This document shows positions 50,144 to 60,949 of a stretch of 64,000 bases of DNA, piece after piece. The translations under genes and the position numbers were made by a program. Under the pieces are notes generated by a model that saw nothing but the letters and a program-made list of their open reading frames with translations, ran no database searches and was not told the origin of the DNA. The stretch covers positions 46,802-110,801 of the forward strand of contig JAEOTR010000006.1 of NCBI GenBank assembly GCA_016839705.1. Reading direction: 5' to 3'. Within the stretch, counting starts at the first letter, position 1, and each line of letters opens with the position of its first letter. This stretch comes from Promethearchaeota archaeon. Lineage in GTDB: Archaea; Asgardarchaeota; Lokiarchaeia; Sigyniarchaeales; SOKP01.

Positions 50144-51391
50144 ATGGAAGATTTAATAAAATCCATTCTTGTTGTAGGATTTAATACACGACCATTAACT
50201 TACTCCTTGAAGAAGGCTGGATATGAAGTATATGCTGTAGACTTTTTTGGAGATTTAGATCTATATCCAAATGTTAAAGACAGTTTTGTTCTAACAACGG
50301 AGTCAGGAACCAATTATAGTACAATAAAAGACAATTACAGCAAGTTACTGGCAAAATTTGCCATAAAAATGCTGAGAAAATATCCAGAAATAGATTACTT
50401 ATTAATTGGTAGTGGTATGGATGACGCATTTGAAGAACGCTTATCCATTTTAAATGAAATAAAAGAAAAGAATTATAGAATAAAAAATTTGAATAATGGT
50501 TTAAAAACGATCGAAAATGCTCGTAATATTGAAAATATCTATAATTATTTAAAATTCCATAAATTCAAGGTTCCTTTTTCAATACCATACCAAAAAATTA
50601 AATTTTTTAAGAACAAACTTCAATTTCCCCTTATTTTTAAGAAATCTAGAAGTGCTGGTGGGATTAATGTATCAAAAGTAGAAAATCTTGAAGACCTATC
50701 AACTTTAAATGAAGTAAAATCATTTAATCCTTCAGATTGGTTGATTCAAGAATACATTGAAGGGATACCTGTTAGTTGTACAACCATTTCAAATGGGAAA
50801 AAATGTGAGGTTATTTCAATAAATCGTCAAATTATTGGTGAAAAACTCCTAAATCCTCCTAAAGAATTTATGTATTGTGGTAACATCGTACCTGCAGCAG
50901 GTTTGACTAAAAAAGATGAGAAGGCAATATCAATGATGTCAAAACTATTAACTCTCGAATTAGGGTTAAAAGGAATTAATGGATTTGATTATGTTTTGAG
51001 AGATCATTACCCCTATTTAATGGAGATTAATCCAAGAATTCCTGGATCAATCAGTGCATCTGAAGAAAGTCTTAATTTAAACCTTTTAGATCTCCATATA
51101 AAAAGTTTTGATTTGAATCAATGGGATATAGTGAAAAAGTCAATAAGATCTAAAAGGACAACGGATTATACGACCAAACTTATATTTTTTGCCCCAAAAG
51201 AAATAGATAAAATCTTAATCAGAAGAATTAATAACCTAAAATATATTCATGATAAAAGTGAACCAACTAAAACAATATTAAAGGGAGAACCTTTATGCAC
51301 TATTCTATACAAGGCAAATAGTTATGTAGAATCTTATAATGGGGCAAAAAGAATCGTATCTGAAATTAATAAAATTATTGATTTTCAATGA
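50144..51391 (+). CDS. ATP-grasp domain protein
   Basis: AVDFFGDLD, SAGG, IQEYIEG, YCGN, GFDY, EINPRIPGS. Confidence 0.85.
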   Translation: MEDLIKSILVVGFNTRPLTYSLKKAGYEVYAVDFFGDLDLYPNVKDSFVLTTESGTNYSTIKDNYSKLLAKFAIKMLRKYPEIDYLLIGSGMDDAFEERLSILNEIKEKNYRIKNLNNGLKTIENARNIENIYNYLKFHKFKVPFSIPYQKIKFFKNKLQFPLIFKKSRSAGGINVSKVENLEDLSTLNEVKSFNPSDWLIQEYIEGIPVSCTTISNGKKCEVISINRQIIGEKLLNPPKEFMYCGNIVPAAGLTKKDEKAISMMSKLLTLELGLKGINGFDYVLRDHYPYLMEINPRIPGSISASEESLNLNLLDLHIKSFDLNQWDIVKKSIRSKRTTDYTTKLIFFAPKEIDKILIRRINNLKYIHDKSEPTKTILKGEPLCTILYKANSYVESYNGAKRIVSEINKIIDFQ

Positions 51392-51887
51392 TAGCATTTA
51401 CTAACAGCTGAAATGCTAAATTTACATTTTCATCTGTTTTAGATGACACTTTTATATAATCCAGAAACCCATATTTCTCCTTAAGAAATAACACATCTTC
51501 CTCCTCAGCAACGATCAAATCAGTTAAGTCTAATTTAGTTCCTAGAAATATAATTGGTAAATTTGGATCTTGTTTTCTAAAAATATCAACCCATTCATCT
51601 ATATTTCCTAAACTTGATTTATTAGTAAGATCAAAAAGTAATAAAGCCCCATTTGCTCCTGTAGCATAATTTTTTAATATATGGCGAAAATCATACTGAC
51701 CAGCAAAATCCCAGAATTGAAGGTCAATTTTTTTTCCTTTGGTATTAAGCGCTTTCCAAAAAAATTCAACTCCTATAGTAGATTTAGTCTCTGCCATAAA
51801 TCTTCCCTCAACAAAGCGAATAAGGAGTGTAGTTTTACCAACACCCTCATCTCCTCCAGTAATAATTTTAAAAATTATTGACGACAT
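51375..51887 (-). CDS. Rab-like small GTPase
   Basis: GDEGVGKT, STIGVEF, WDFAGQ, TKLD, VSSK. Confidence 0.92.
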   Translation of the reverse strand: MSSIIFKIITGGDEGVGKTTLLIRFVEGRFMAETKSTIGVEFFWKALNTKGKKIDLQFWDFAGQYDFRHILKNYATGANGALLLFDLTNKSSLGNIDEWVDIFRKQDPNLPIIFLGTKLDLTDLIVAEEEDVLFLKEKYGFLDYIKVSSKTDENVNLAFQLLVNAIIENQ

Positions 51888-51958
51888 TTTTTCAACTCCC
51901 TTTTTAATATAATAATCGCTTATAATAATTGCTTAACTAACCAGAAACATTCTGTTTA

Positions 51959-52705
51959 TTATATAACCTTCTGAATTATTGCTTTTATTTTCGCAATATA
52001 AAATCCTAATTTTCTCTCATCTGATTCTGGAACGGCAAGTGCTAGGATTCTATTCTCATCTAAATCATGTAAGATAACTGATCCGTTTTCTCCTCCAATA
52101 ATAGAATATTCCATTCCACTTTCTAACAAAACTCCAGATAAGTTATATAACGCAGCCACCATAGCTGAAAGAATTGATTCAGGCATTGTAGATTGAATTT
52201 TTATTGGTAATCCATCTTTGGTTATTATTGCTAAGACAAGTGTGTTTGGAATTGCTCTTTTCAAACCCTTAAATATTTCCTCTTTTAAAATATCAGATGT
52301 TTCAATTATAGCATTTATTTGAAGACTTAATTTTTGTAATCTACTAATATGAGAATCTAATCCTTCAAGCTCTGCTAATTCACGATTTAAATAGATTATC
52401 ATAGTGATAGATTCTGCTAAAATTGAAAGGACAATTTTCTTCTTTCCTATTATCAAATTATAAGAAACATCCTGATTTAAGCTATCTTTAAGCATTTTAG
52501 AAGAAAGGAATACAAGACTACTATTGGCGGCTGTTACTTCGCCCATTGTCATATTTAAATCCTTTTTAAATACACTTGCGATTTTTGTGCCTTCAGGAGT
52601 TCCAATATTAATACCTATTACAGCAGACGTGGATTCGAGTTCTTTTTCAACTAGCCTGGACACATCTTTTTGTAATTCTTCTAGTATTTCATCTTGTTTT
52701 TCCAT
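51959..52705 (-). CDS. tandem Roadblock/LC7 domain protein
   Basis: Two repeats of about 120 aa (IGTPEGTKIAS / IITKDGLPIK...LSAMVAAL...IGGENGSVIL). Confidence 0.8.
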   Translation of the reverse strand: MEKQDEILEELQKDVSRLVEKELESTSAVIGINIGTPEGTKIASVFKKDLNMTMGEVTAANSSLVFLSSKMLKDSLNQDVSYNLIIGKKKIVLSILAESITMIIYLNRELAELEGLDSHISRLQKLSLQINAIIETSDILKEEIFKGLKRAIPNTLVLAIITKDGLPIKIQSTMPESILSAMVAALYNLSGVLLESGMEYSIIGGENGSVILHDLDENRILALAVPESDERKLGFYIAKIKAIIQKVI

Positions 52706-52804
52706 AATTGCTTATTGTATATTTTTTTGGAAATAAAAAATTATTCTAATAATTTAATAATAATTTCTTGATTACTAATACAAAACTAGATGTATTATTA
52801 GAAA

Positions 52805-53953
52805 ATGGAAATAAAATCAGATACATATGTAATTATTTTAGCGGCAGGCTATGCTACAAGATTAAAACCACTATCAAACAGAATTCCAAAACCATTAATC
52901 GATATTAATGGCAAAACTCTTATTTCCCGGATAATATCAAATTTCAGAGATGCGGGATTTACCAAATTTTGTGTTATTGTTGGGTATAAGAAAGAATTTA
53001 TTAAAAACGAAGTGTTAAGGTATAAGGATCTAGAAATCCTAACGATAGATCAAGATAAACCAACAGGAATGGCAGATGCTATTGCTTTAGCACTGAATTA
53101 TGTTCTTTATAAAGAAGAAAATATCACTAGTTTTTTTATATCCGCCGCGGATATTATTTTCCCTAAGGAAGAAATCTTAAAAATGTATAGCCTATACAAT
53201 CACGCCGATATAGTTTTAGGCCTTATGAGATCGAGTGACCATGAAATTGCAAAGGGACACGGAAACGTTAAAATTTCAGAAGATTCTGATTTGTCTAAAG
53301 ATTTAGATGCTACAAAAGGATTGAAGATAGTTGATATTATTGAAAAGCCAAAAGTTCACCAGATATTAAGTGAATATTATTCATTACCTCTGTATTTAGT
53401 TAATCATGAAATTTTGAGCTCAATGAATCAATTAGAAGTTTCTGAACGTGGTGAAAAAGAATTTCAAGACGTTCTAAAAAAATCCCTATCAATTGGGATG
53501 AAAATTAGAGGGATCCGGATTGTATCTCCTGAGGTTACCATTGAGAATGTAGGAGCTTTTCACTTAACCAATTTAAGGGATATCATAAATATGAATAAAA
53601 GGTTCTTAACGGATGTAAGAAAAGGCCAAAACAAAGGCAAATTGCATAATATTGTTGAACCTGTGAGAATAAAAACTAATGCCATAATTGGAAATGATGC
53701 CTTGATTGGTCCTTTTGCTATTATTGGTAAGAATTCCGAAATCAGAGATTTTTGTGAACTCTCTAACGTGATTGTTTATGATGATGTAATTATTGGTAAA
53801 TCAAGTAGATTGAATTGGTGTATAGTTGATGAAAATGTTAAATTACCCAAGAATTTTCATGCAGAAGAATGTTTTATTACTATAAATAATAAAAAAAAAT
53901 TAGATCTTCATAAATTTTTAAATCTTAATCGATATAGTAAAAATTATAAATAA
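52805..53953 (+). CDS. sugar-phosphate nucleotidyltransferase with beta-helix tail
   Basis: ILAAGYATRLKPL...PKPLI, IIEKP, SERGEKE, hexapeptide repeats. Confidence 0.88.
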   Translation: MEIKSDTYVIILAAGYATRLKPLSNRIPKPLIDINGKTLISRIISNFRDAGFTKFCVIVGYKKEFIKNEVLRYKDLEILTIDQDKPTGMADAIALALNYVLYKEENITSFFISAADIIFPKEEILKMYSLYNHADIVLGLMRSSDHEIAKGHGNVKISEDSDLSKDLDATKGLKIVDIIEKPKVHQILSEYYSLPLYLVNHEILSSMNQLEVSERGEKEFQDVLKKSLSIGMKIRGIRIVSPEVTIENVGAFHLTNLRDIINMNKRFLTDVRKGQNKGKLHNIVEPVRIKTNAIIGNDALIGPFAIIGKNSEIRDFCELSNVIVYDDVIIGKSSRLNWCIVDENVKLPKNFHAEECFITINNKKKLDLHKFLNLNRYSKNYK

Positions 53954-53961
53954 GAAATGTT

Positions 53962-54774
53962 GTGATTTTGTTAATGGAGCACGAATTAAAAAAACAGCTT
54001 GAGATTAAGGATAACCTTCTTCGCCTAAAAGATGAACAAGTAAAAACCCTTGAAAATTCCTTAAATCTGAAGGATGAACAAATAAAAACAATGGAGAATT
54101 CATTAGATATCAAAGATAGAAAAGCTGAAACTTTAGAGAAAACAATCAAACTTAAGGAAGAAGAAATCAGAAAATTAGAGTCAGTTTCAATAGATAAAAA
54201 TATTCTAAAAGAATACGATGAGAAAATTCAGAAACTTGAGAAAGAAATAAAGATTTTAAATGAAGAACTTGCCAAATCAGATGAGGAGTTAGAAAGTTTA
54301 GAATTAGAAAATGAAAAATTAAGAAGTGATCAATCAAATTCTGCTGAACTTAAGATAGTTGATTTTACCCACGCAAACATCTCAAAATCTGAAATTCTCG
54401 AGAAAATGCGAGAAATTTTACCAAATGCAAATGCTAGTATAATGATTGTTACCCCTAAACTTGAAGATCTACAAGAGCTTTATCTTTATGAAGTCAAAGC
54501 ATCAGTTAGTATGAGGATTGCGTGCTCAATAAACCCTGGAATTGAAGAACACTCTGAACTTTTAGAAGAATTCGAAAGTTTGGATAATATCACACTGAAA
54601 AATTACAATATGGAAGATAAATATGCTCTAGTAAGAGATGGAGAAGAATTGTTGTATGGTATTACAGGGAAGTCTGAAAACAATAATTTAGTAATCCACA
54701 CTAAAGATCCGAATCACATCAAACTCCTAAATGCTTTACCATTAGAAGTGTGGATACGGAGTAGGAAAGTATAA
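53962..54774 (+). CDS. coiled-coil repeat protein with C-terminal PLD/TrmB-effector-like domain
   Basis: 14-aa repeats, then ASIMIVTP...ALVRDGEELLYG. Confidence 0.65.
   Translation: MILLMEHELKKQLEIKDNLLRLKDEQVKTLENSLNLKDEQIKTMENSLDIKDRKAETLEKTIKLKEEEIRKLESVSIDKNILKEYDEKIQKLEKEIKILNEELAKSDEELESLELENEKLRSDQSNSAELKIVDFTHANISKSEILEKMREILPNANASIMIVTPKLEDLQELYLYEVKASVSMRIACSINPGIEEHSELLEEFESLDNITLKNYNMEDKYALVRDGEELLYGITGKSENNNLVIHTKDPNHIKLLNALPLEVWIRSRKV
54025..54180 (+). repeat. 42-nt (14-aa) tandem coding repeat, about 3.7 copies
   Basis: LKDEQVKTLENSLN / LKDEQIKTMENSLD / IKDRKAETLEKTIK / LKEEEIRKLE. Confidence 0.8.
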
Positions 54775-54798
54775 GGAACGTTATATCCGTATTCCTTA
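54772..54798. terminator. hairpin between convergent genes
   Basis: TAAGGAA-CG...CG-TA-TTCCTTA inverted repeat followed by a T-rich tract. Confidence 0.3.
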
Positions 54799-54818
54799 AT
54801 TCTAATTTTTTAGAATGC

Positions 54819-55535
54819 TTAAAAAATAGGGCATTTTACTTTTTCACATTTATCATTGAAATCTGAAAAAATACATTTTGAGAAATCGTAGGCCAATTTG
54901 ATATTAAATTTCTCTTTTAAAAAAGCTAATGTTTCACTGATAGAAATTTTAACTGATCTCTTACAACAATGTTCTAGATTATCAGCTATTTTTGCTAATG
55001 AACGCGAAGTCATTTCATTTGCTTGGGATCTTGGTTTATCAGTCGAGGGTGTTGCTCCTGTGAAGATACTGATTGCAACTCCTGTTCCCATTCCTGCACC
55101 ACATGATCCATAAAATCCACACCATCCTCCGGGAATTTTAGAAGATCTTCTGATGGCTTCTTTAATATCAAAGAAAGATATTGCCTCTCCATTAGGTTTT
55201 ATTATATTATTATTCCTAAGAGATGTTAGAATAACTGCTGGAGTTAAAACATGATGCTCAGGTCCATATAGCTTAAACTTTGGGTGTTTCATGATTAAAT
55301 CAGCTAATTCAAATGGGTCTTTAATAGTGGTTTCTTCACATATCTTTTCAATTAATTCAATAGGACCTTTTGAATGGCAAATATCGCAAATAAAATGTCC
55401 TTTTTCACAATATATATTTGTATTAAATTCTATTCCACAAAACTTACAAGTAAGATCTTTATAATCCCTCTGATGGGTGGCATAAACCAACTCTTTACCA
55501 CATACTTCACATTTGTCGCTTCTACTTTTAGTCAT
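54819..55535 (-). CDS. DUF5714-like Cys-rich protein
   Basis: CEVC...CKFC...CEKGHFICDIC, GPEHH, GGWCGFYGSCGA, HCCKR. Confidence 0.8.
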   Translation of the reverse strand: MTKSRSDKCEVCGKELVYATHQRDYKDLTCKFCGIEFNTNIYCEKGHFICDICHSKGPIELIEKICEETTIKDPFELADLIMKHPKFKLYGPEHHVLTPAVILTSLRNNNIIKPNGEAISFFDIKEAIRRSSKIPGGWCGFYGSCGAGMGTGVAISIFTGATPSTDKPRSQANEMTSRSLAKIADNLEHCCKRSVKISISETLAFLKEKFNIKLAYDFSKCIFSDFNDKCEKVKCPIF

Positions 55536-55549
55536 CTTAAAAATTCCTT

Positions 55550-56401
55550 TTATATTTCTATGAATGTTTTTTTTCTTTTATTAAAATGAACAAACTGATT
55601 ATACCCTATTTTCTTTAAAATTTTGGTTATTTTCTTAAATTTCCACGCAATTTCTTTAGGTTTATGGGCATCAGATCCTAATAAAATTGGTATATCTAAT
55701 AAATACATCTCTTTTATAATATTTTCACTTGGATATTGCTCTTTACATGGTTTTCTTAATCCACTGGTGTTAATCTCAACTGTTAGTTCTTTTGCTTTTA
55801 TCAATTCTAAAGTTTTCATAATCTCATCGAGAACTTGTTCTTCATTATTAGGGCGATCATTGAATTTCTTGGGCAAATCAAAATGTCCAACGATGTCAAA
55901 ATCAAAATCTTCTGAATTAATCATCTTCTGAAGCTTTTTGAAGTAATTTATATAAACATTCTGAGAACCGTAAAACTCAAAGTCTCTTCTAAACCGCGAG
56001 TCATCAAAACCCCATGCTCCTCTGCCATCTCTAAAATTTAAAATATGAATTGATCCTAAAATATAATCTAATCTGTTTTTAATTTTATTTAAATGGTTGT
56101 TCAATGCATATTCTTGATTTTTAAAATAATCCACTTCAAATCCTATTCGAACATTGATAATCTGTTTGTATTTTTCTTTTAAATTTTCTGCAATTAATAA
56201 ATAATCCTCAATTTCGGGTATTGTTATAGCATATTCCTGATAAGGAATCCTTTCAATATTCTTTAGAAATTCATAGGGAAAATGATCACTAATCCCTATT
56301 GTGCGAAGTTGATTTTTTATTGCTTGTCTTAGATATTCTTCAATCGACCCAACTGCGTGATGACACATTTCATTATGTGTATGCCAATCTTCTAAAACCA
56401 T
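55550..56401 (-). CDS. histidinol-phosphatase, PHP (HisJ/HisK) family
   Basis: DWHTH, SDH, GFEVD, GSIH, GHFD, EINTSG, GSDAH. Start moved to the ATG at 56401. Confidence 0.88.
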   Translation of the reverse strand: MVLEDWHTHNEMCHHAVGSIEEYLRQAIKNQLRTIGISDHFPYEFLKNIERIPYQEYAITIPEIEDYLLIAENLKEKYKQIINVRIGFEVDYFKNQEYALNNHLNKIKNRLDYILGSIHILNFRDGRGAWGFDDSRFRRDFEFYGSQNVYINYFKKLQKMINSEDFDFDIVGHFDLPKKFNDRPNNEEQVLDEIMKTLELIKAKELTVEINTSGLRKPCKEQYPSENIIKEMYLLDIPILLGSDAHKPKEIAWKFKKITKILKKIGYNQFVHFNKRKKTFIEI

Positions 56402-56490
56402 CTTACATATATTTAATAGTTTAAGTAAGATAAAATTATTGATTACATTATACAAATAATTAAGAAATAAACAAAGAGGGGGGATATAGG

Positions 56491-56979
56491 TTGGTAAAAT
56501 ACCATATAAGAAGGAAAGAAAAAGAAATAACCGATAATAGTGAAATATACGAAATAATAAAGAATGGAAAATTTACCTCAATTTCAATGAGCAAGGAAAA
56601 TGAACCATATATAATAACTTTAAGTTATGGTTATGACCAAGATAATAATGCTTTGTATTTCCATTGTGCTACAGAAGGACAAAAAATCGATTTTATTAAA
56701 TCCAATCCATACGTGTGTGGTACAATTATAGAAGATAATGGTTATGAAGATGGATGTGGTCAAGCATTTCGATCAATAGTGTATCGAGGGAACATAACAG
56801 TTATCAAAGATATTGAAGAAAAGAAGCACGGGTTTGAAATCATTATAGATCATTTAGAGAAAAATCCTGGTGAAACCAAAAAAAAATTACTCACAAGTGA
56901 AGATACATATATAAAACCAGCAATATTGAGATTAGATATAACAGAGATTTCATGTAAGGAAGAGAAAGCTGAATCATAA
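56491..56979 (+). CDS. pyridoxamine 5'-phosphate oxidase-like (NimA-type) flavin-binding protein
   Basis: IRRKEKEI, PYII, LYFHCATEGQK, NPYVC, FRSIV. Confidence 0.85.
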   Translation: MVKYHIRRKEKEITDNSEIYEIIKNGKFTSISMSKENEPYIITLSYGYDQDNNALYFHCATEGQKIDFIKSNPYVCGTIIEDNGYEDGCGQAFRSIVYRGNITVIKDIEEKKHGFEIIIDHLEKNPGETKKKLLTSEDTYIKPAILRLDITEISCKEEKAES

Positions 56980-56981
56980 TC

Positions 56982-57767
56982 TTATAATTTTTTACATTTA
57001 AAAACAGTTTGCCAGCAGTATTCCCTAAGAAAATTAATTTTATATAACGGCTTTTCGATTAAATTAAGGAATTTATAAGCTATTTTAAAGATATATGGTT
57101 TATTTATAAATCTACTAAAATACATGGCCAGTGGAGATAAAAGAAAGAATTCATAATGCTCTAAATTGCCGAATATTTTCCCCGCATTAATAACCTCTCT
57201 AATATATAAGGGATGTTCATGTATCGTACGCTCTTCGGGGGCAAAATATTTCCGATTTAATTGTACTATCGGATTTTTCTTTAAAGGTTCTATAAAAGCA
57301 ATAAAGCCATTTTTTTTAAGTATTCGTTTACATACTTTGTAAAATAAATTCAAATCAGGTAGATGGTGGATAATCCTTGATCCTACGATAATATCAAAAG
57401 ACTCTTCATCGAAATCTGGAATTTGGGCATTCATCTCTCTAAATTCTATAGAGTAGCCTAATTTTTTCGATTGTTCTTTACAATATTCAATTAGTTCTCC
57501 TGAGAGGTCAATTCCGACTACATTAGCACCCTCTTGAGCAAGATAAAATGATAAAGAACCAATACCACATCCTACGTCTAAAACTTGCTTTCCCTTTATA
57601 TCTCCTAAAATCTGTTTCAATTTTATATTAACTTTCTTAAAAAATTGTTCTTTTTCTAAGTCAAATTCCGAAGTAGATGTGGGTTTCTTCATACTATAGT
57701 AATCTCTTTCATTTTTGAATATATTTTCATAGTTGGAGAGAATTTTCTGTCTATCTTTTAAATCCAT
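56982..57767 (-). CDS. class I SAM-dependent methyltransferase
   Basis: VLDVGCGIG, GIDLS, SFDII, IHHL. Confidence 0.88.
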   Translation of the reverse strand: MDLKDRQKILSNYENIFKNERDYYSMKKPTSTSEFDLEKEQFFKKVNIKLKQILGDIKGKQVLDVGCGIGSLSFYLAQEGANVVGIDLSGELIEYCKEQSKKLGYSIEFREMNAQIPDFDEESFDIIVGSRIIHHLPDLNLFYKVCKRILKKNGFIAFIEPLKKNPIVQLNRKYFAPEERTIHEHPLYIREVINAGKIFGNLEHYEFFLLSPLAMYFSRFINKPYIFKIAYKFLNLIEKPLYKINFLREYCWQTVFKCKKL

Positions 57768-57870
57768 TAGAAATTATCAAATCCTTTATTTGCTTAATCT
57801 TAATATATAAAATTATTTTTAACTGAAATAAGTATGTAAGTTTTTATTGCTGAACTAACGAATAACCAAG

Positions 57871-59616
57871 ATGAATTCTTCAAAGACACCCAAAAGCATT
57901 ATCTTAAAAATAAAAAATAAGGAGATAAGTCTCTGTGAAGGAATTGAATCACTATTTTCTTTACAGCATTTTAGTGAAAAGAGCGATATCATCCTTGAAT
58001 GTAGAGAATCTCTTAAATACTTAATTCAAAATTATGCAGAAACTTTCGAAATTTTCAAAACATTTTTGGATCTTAATCAAAGAGCAATATTAAGGTTAAA
58101 TTCCGCAAAAGAATTGGTTCTAAATTTTAAGAGTACATCAAAGGGTATTTTAAAACATCAGATTCAAAAAGATCCATCAGCTATGTTTTTAACTGAATTT
58201 TACACATTTCTTTGTGATCAAACTGATGAACTATCTCAATCATTAAGAGAAACTTTAGTTAGAAAATATAGTAAAATCTACGGAGTAAGTTACAAGGAGG
58301 TAATATTTTTTATAAATTTAGAAGCCACTCAAATCAACAATAAAAAAGATCTTGATTTTGATGCAGGATATTTTAAAAAATTCAGCACACCTGACATCCA
58401 ATTACTAAACAATGTTTCTGAATATAATCTTGTTATCAAATCTGACCATGTTAGAGCATTAAACCTTAGTCGTTGGGAATTTGAAAAAATCCCTGAATCC
58501 ATTGGCTTTTTATCAGAATTAGTTTACTTAAACCTATCATATTTAAACTTAAGGACTATCCCCGAAACCTTAGGCCAATTAACGAAACTTGATTATCTTA
58601 ATTTAAATGGGAATTCATTAACAATAATTCCAGATTGGTTAAATAATTTTTCTGAGAAATATAAAGTAAATTCATATATCAAAGAGGGAGTAAACGATTC
58701 TAATTCTAAGGTGTTAAGTTTGATCGAAATAATATGTGGAAAAGAACTTCTTAAAGCTGAAGAAAAAGAAGATGTGTTGTCATGGGAAACAGGATTTAAT
58801 TATAAAATAAATAAGGATGGATTTATCATTGGGCTCTACATTAAAGATGAGAAAATGGAGATGGGAATACTCCCAAAACAAATCTGTTCACTTGATTCCC
58901 TTCAAGAATTAGAAATGTCAGAAAATTCTATTGAGTCTATTCCAGAATGTATAGGTAATTTAAAATCTCTTAAATTTTTAAATTTATCATTTAATAGAAT
59001 TAAATCCATACCAGAATCAATTGAAAAGTTAAATAACCTGGAATATATGAATTTAAATCATAATTTACTCTCTGAAAAAGAAATAATGGAATTAAAATGG
59101 TATAGAAATGGGCTTCTTCATTTAGAACAGGATAATTTCTATAAGGCTATTGAAGAATGTAAAGAAACTTTAAAAACATACCCAAGAAATACGATTGCTC
59201 TTTTTCATTTGGGTATTGCTTATAGAGAAATGGGCAAACTTGATTTGGCAAAACAAGCCTATAAAAAGTTTTTAGAAATTGATCCACTAAGTTCAGTTGT
59301 TTGGAGCAACTTAAGTGATATTTACCATCAAGAAGGGGATTATGATAAAGCAGTTTCATCAATAAAACGTGCTTTGGATATAGAACCAGATATAGCACTT
59401 TTATGGAGTAATCTTGGACTAAACTATAAGAAGTTAGGAAAGTATGATGATGCTATTGAATCCTATCTACAATGTCTTGAAATCGATAATAACAATAAAT
59501 ATGTGTGGAAAGATCTTGCTTCTATCTACCGAGTAAAAGGTGAATTTATGAAGGCAATTGAAGCTGAAGAGCGAGCTTTAGGGACGAATTTTAATTCAGA
59601 GAATAATTTGGATTAG
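57871..59616 (+). CDS. leucine-rich-repeat plus TPR protein
   Basis: IPESIG/LNLSFNRIKSIPESI LRRs, then about five TPRs (ALFHLGIAY, WSNLGLNY). Confidence 0.9.
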   Translation: MNSSKTPKSIILKIKNKEISLCEGIESLFSLQHFSEKSDIILECRESLKYLIQNYAETFEIFKTFLDLNQRAILRLNSAKELVLNFKSTSKGILKHQIQKDPSAMFLTEFYTFLCDQTDELSQSLRETLVRKYSKIYGVSYKEVIFFINLEATQINNKKDLDFDAGYFKKFSTPDIQLLNNVSEYNLVIKSDHVRALNLSRWEFEKIPESIGFLSELVYLNLSYLNLRTIPETLGQLTKLDYLNLNGNSLTIIPDWLNNFSEKYKVNSYIKEGVNDSNSKVLSLIEIICGKELLKAEEKEDVLSWETGFNYKINKDGFIIGLYIKDEKMEMGILPKQICSLDSLQELEMSENSIESIPECIGNLKSLKFLNLSFNRIKSIPESIEKLNNLEYMNLNHNLLSEKEIMELKWYRNGLLHLEQDNFYKAIEECKETLKTYPRNTIALFHLGIAYREMGKLDLAKQAYKKFLEIDPLSSVVWSNLSDIYHQEGDYDKAVSSIKRALDIEPDIALLWSNLGLNYKKLGKYDDAIESYLQCLEIDNNNKYVWKDLASIYRVKGEFMKAIEAEERALGTNFNSENNLD

Positions 59617-59815
59617 ATTAGAATTAAAAGATCCATTAATCGTTCTTTAGTGTGAACTGATATTAAATCTTAATATAGCATAGGTGTTCTAGTCATTCTT
59701 GAATAGTATTAGTATTCGAATCTAATAATAGTCTAAGAGTCCACTGAGAGTTCCTATAATAAAACTATATATTAAACCGTGTCAATAATATAATTATAGA
59801 AAAAACACAAAAAAA

Positions 59816-60049
59816 GTGAAAAAAAAAATGACCCAAGCTTATGAAAAAGTAATGGAAATGAAAAGTCTTGAAGTTGAAGAGGTTGAACAACCTGAAGTTC
59901 AAAAAGCTCCAGAAAATAATGCTGATGAACTACTTGGAGATTTAAATCCAAGATTTTTTGAGGAAGCAACTTCTTTAAAGGAAACTAGAGAAAGAGTTCA
60001 AGCTTCTCAAGGTTATTCGAATTTTAGCTTCAATACTTATGGATTTTAA
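59816..60049 (+). CDS. small acidic hypothetical protein (start may be ATG at MTQAY)
   Basis: Biased codon use (GAA/GCT/GTT), upstream TATA-like box, T-tract after the stop. Confidence 0.6.
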   Translation: MKKKMTQAYEKVMEMKSLEVEEVEQPEVQKAPENNADELLGDLNPRFFEEATSLKETRERVQASQGYSNFSFNTYGF

Positions 60050-60116
60050 TTAATTTTTTTCTCTCTCCTTTTTTAAGAATTTTTATCATCTTGATTATTA
60101 TATATCCAATAATAAA

Positions 60117-60776
60117 TTACTCAATGTAGCTATTTATATAACGTTGGACTTCACTGGCAGGCTGAAAAATCCCAAAATGCCCTTCACATAATATATCCGC
60201 ATTTAATTCTAATAATTTTCTGAGAGAGTTCTGATAATCATTGAAATTACTAATACCAGGGATAATCGGACCATGCAAATCTTGCCCAAATAATACTTTT
60301 TTGCCTTCAATTTCAAGTAAAACTGAGATAGAACCTGGAGTATGTCCCGGGGTATGAATACAGTTAAATTCTAAATTCCCAAATTTTAAGATCTCAATCT
60401 CACCAACAAATTTTTTTGCTAGTTTAACAGGCTTATAATTAACACCATACCATGATGCTACCGTTTCTCTATCATATCCCCGTTCTTCTATTGGAGTAGC
60501 ATCTAATTGATGAGCATAGAACTTCACTTGTTTATTATAGTCTTTAAGGTCAGCACAAGCACCAATATGGTCAATATGAAAGTGTGTTATAATACAATGC
60601 TTAATGTGCATTGGATTTAATCCTATTTTACTGATCTTTTTTATCATATTCAATTGCATTCCGCAATCAATTAAAACAAGACCATCTTGACTATGAGTAT
60701 TGATTAAATAGACAGAACAACCAGAATCCCCTAAATGGTATATATTTTTATAGACTTCTTGCATGATTAAAAACAA
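60117..60776 (-). CDS. MBL-fold metallo-hydrolase
   Basis: LIDCG, THFHIDHIG, HTPGHTPG, EGH. Confidence 0.88.
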   Translation of the reverse strand: MFLIMQEVYKNIYHLGDSGCSVYLINTHSQDGLVLIDCGMQLNMIKKISKIGLNPMHIKHCIITHFHIDHIGACADLKDYNKQVKFYAHQLDATPIEERGYDRETVASWYGVNYKPVKLAKKFVGEIEILKFGNLEFNCIHTPGHTPGSISVLLEIEGKKVLFGQDLHGPIIPGISNFNDYQNSLRKLLELNADILCEGHFGIFQPASEVQRYINSYIE

Positions 60777-60949
60777 TCCGTTGAAAACTCTAAATTTTCA
60801 TTAAGTATAAAATATCAGTAAATTAAAGATCTCCCATTTTTAATATTTTCTAGTTGATAAGTATTTCAAATAGAAGTAATCTGCATAGGACATAAAAATT
60901 CATGTTAGAATAATAAATCAAATTTAATTTCTCAAATAAAAGAGAATAT

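Noticed and set aside
59620-59790. Imperfect palindromes and short repeated words upstream of the small acidic gene
   Set aside because: No regular repeat-spacer period, so not CRISPR; compatible with chance in AT-rich DNA.
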